Assembly (NCBI RefSeq): GCF_000009045.1
Contig: NC_000964.3
Span: forward strand, 2,160,001 to 2,192,000
Origin: Bacillus subtilis subsp. subtilis str. 168
GTDB taxonomy: Bacteria; Bacillota; Bacilli; Bacillales; Bacillaceae
Reading direction: 5' to 3'
Length of the DNA: 32,000 bases
The translations under genes and the position numbers were made by a program. The notes beneath the pieces are model-generated. The model saw only the letters and a program-made list of their open reading frames with translations, did no database searches and had not been told where the DNA came from. Below, piece by piece: positions 31,626-32,000 of this stretch. Position 1 is the stretch's first letter; the number at the start of each line of letters is the position of its first letter.

Positions 31626-32000
31626 ATGTGTGGCAGGTTCACTTTATTTTCTGAGTTTGATGACATCATTGAGCAATTCAATATAGATCAATTCTTACCT
31701 GAAGGTGAATATCACCCTAGCTATAATGTCGCTCCTTCACAAAACATCCTGACAATCATCAACGATGGATCCAATAACCGTCTGGGCAAACTTAGATGGG
31801 GTCTTATCCCTCCATGGGCTAAAGACGAAAAGATCGGCTATAAAATGATTAATGCCCGTGCTGAAACATTGTCCGAGAAACCCAGCTTTCGAAAGCCGCT
31901 CGTAAGCAAACGTTGTATCATACCGGCTGACAGTTTTTATGAATGGAAACGCCTTGATCCAAAGACTAAGATTCCTATGCGGATTAAACTTAAATCGTCC
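31626..32000 (+). CDS. yoqW: SRAP/YedK-family (SOS response-associated peptidase) abasic-site processing protein; 3' end lies beyond the window
   Basis: MCGRFTLFSEF... carries the catalytic Cys2. ...YNVAPSQNILTI...LRWGLIPPWAKD...MINARAETL...IIPADSFYEW are SRAP hallmark motifs. The frame is open to the window end. Confidence 0.9.
   Translation, partial: MCGRFTLFSEFDDIIEQFNIDQFLPEGEYHPSYNVAPSQNILTIINDGSNNRLGKLRWGLIPPWAKDEKIGYKMINARAETLSEKPSFRKPLVSKRCIIPADSFYEWKRLDPKTKIPMRIKLKSS

Overview
This window looks like the early, replication and nucleotide-metabolism arm of Bacillus subtilis temperate phage or prophage SPbeta, or a very close relative. I identified it from memory of the proteins and gene order, because no database search was possible. 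About 60 tightly packed genes run on the minus strand, many translationally coupled through TAATG, ATGA or TAGTG overlaps. The only plus-strand genes are a tiny membrane-protein gene (9807..9926) and the SRAP/YedK-type gene yoqW at the right edge.

From left to right the window contains:
- The phage class Ib ribonucleotide reductase operon (nrdI, bnrdE, bnrdF). It is interrupted by two related group I introns, one carrying the HNH endonuclease yosQ, and by a 385-codon LAGLIDADG intein.
- A run of small genes of unknown function (yosL to yorV).
- The multispecific C5 DNA methyltransferase mtbP.
- A deoxyribonucleotidase and kinase pair (yorS, yorR).
- A 3D-domain muralytic protein (yorM).
- A self-contained replisome: PolIII-alpha-like yorL, DHH/RecJ-like yorK, primase yorJ and DnaB-like helicase yorI.
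- A recombination and SSB-like group (yorH, yorG, yorF).
- A beta-helix protein coupled to a secreted gamma-PGA hydrolase (yorA, yoqZ).

I found no rRNA, tRNA, CRISPR array or transposon.

The observations I consider most worth follow-up are:
- YosL carries a C-terminal tail that looks like the toxin-binding segment of the host MazE-family antitoxin EndoAI, with no toxin gene next to it.
- A roughly 40-nt promoter element occurs three times and is probably the SPBRE operator-promoter.
- Two genes (yorY, yorM) lack a credible canonical start and sit in frame behind the upstream stop codon.
- The 330-nt bnrdE-bnrdF spacer is unexplained and holds an antisense 72-codon ORF.
- YorF is a divergent protein that ends in a canonical SSB tip (DDDLPF).
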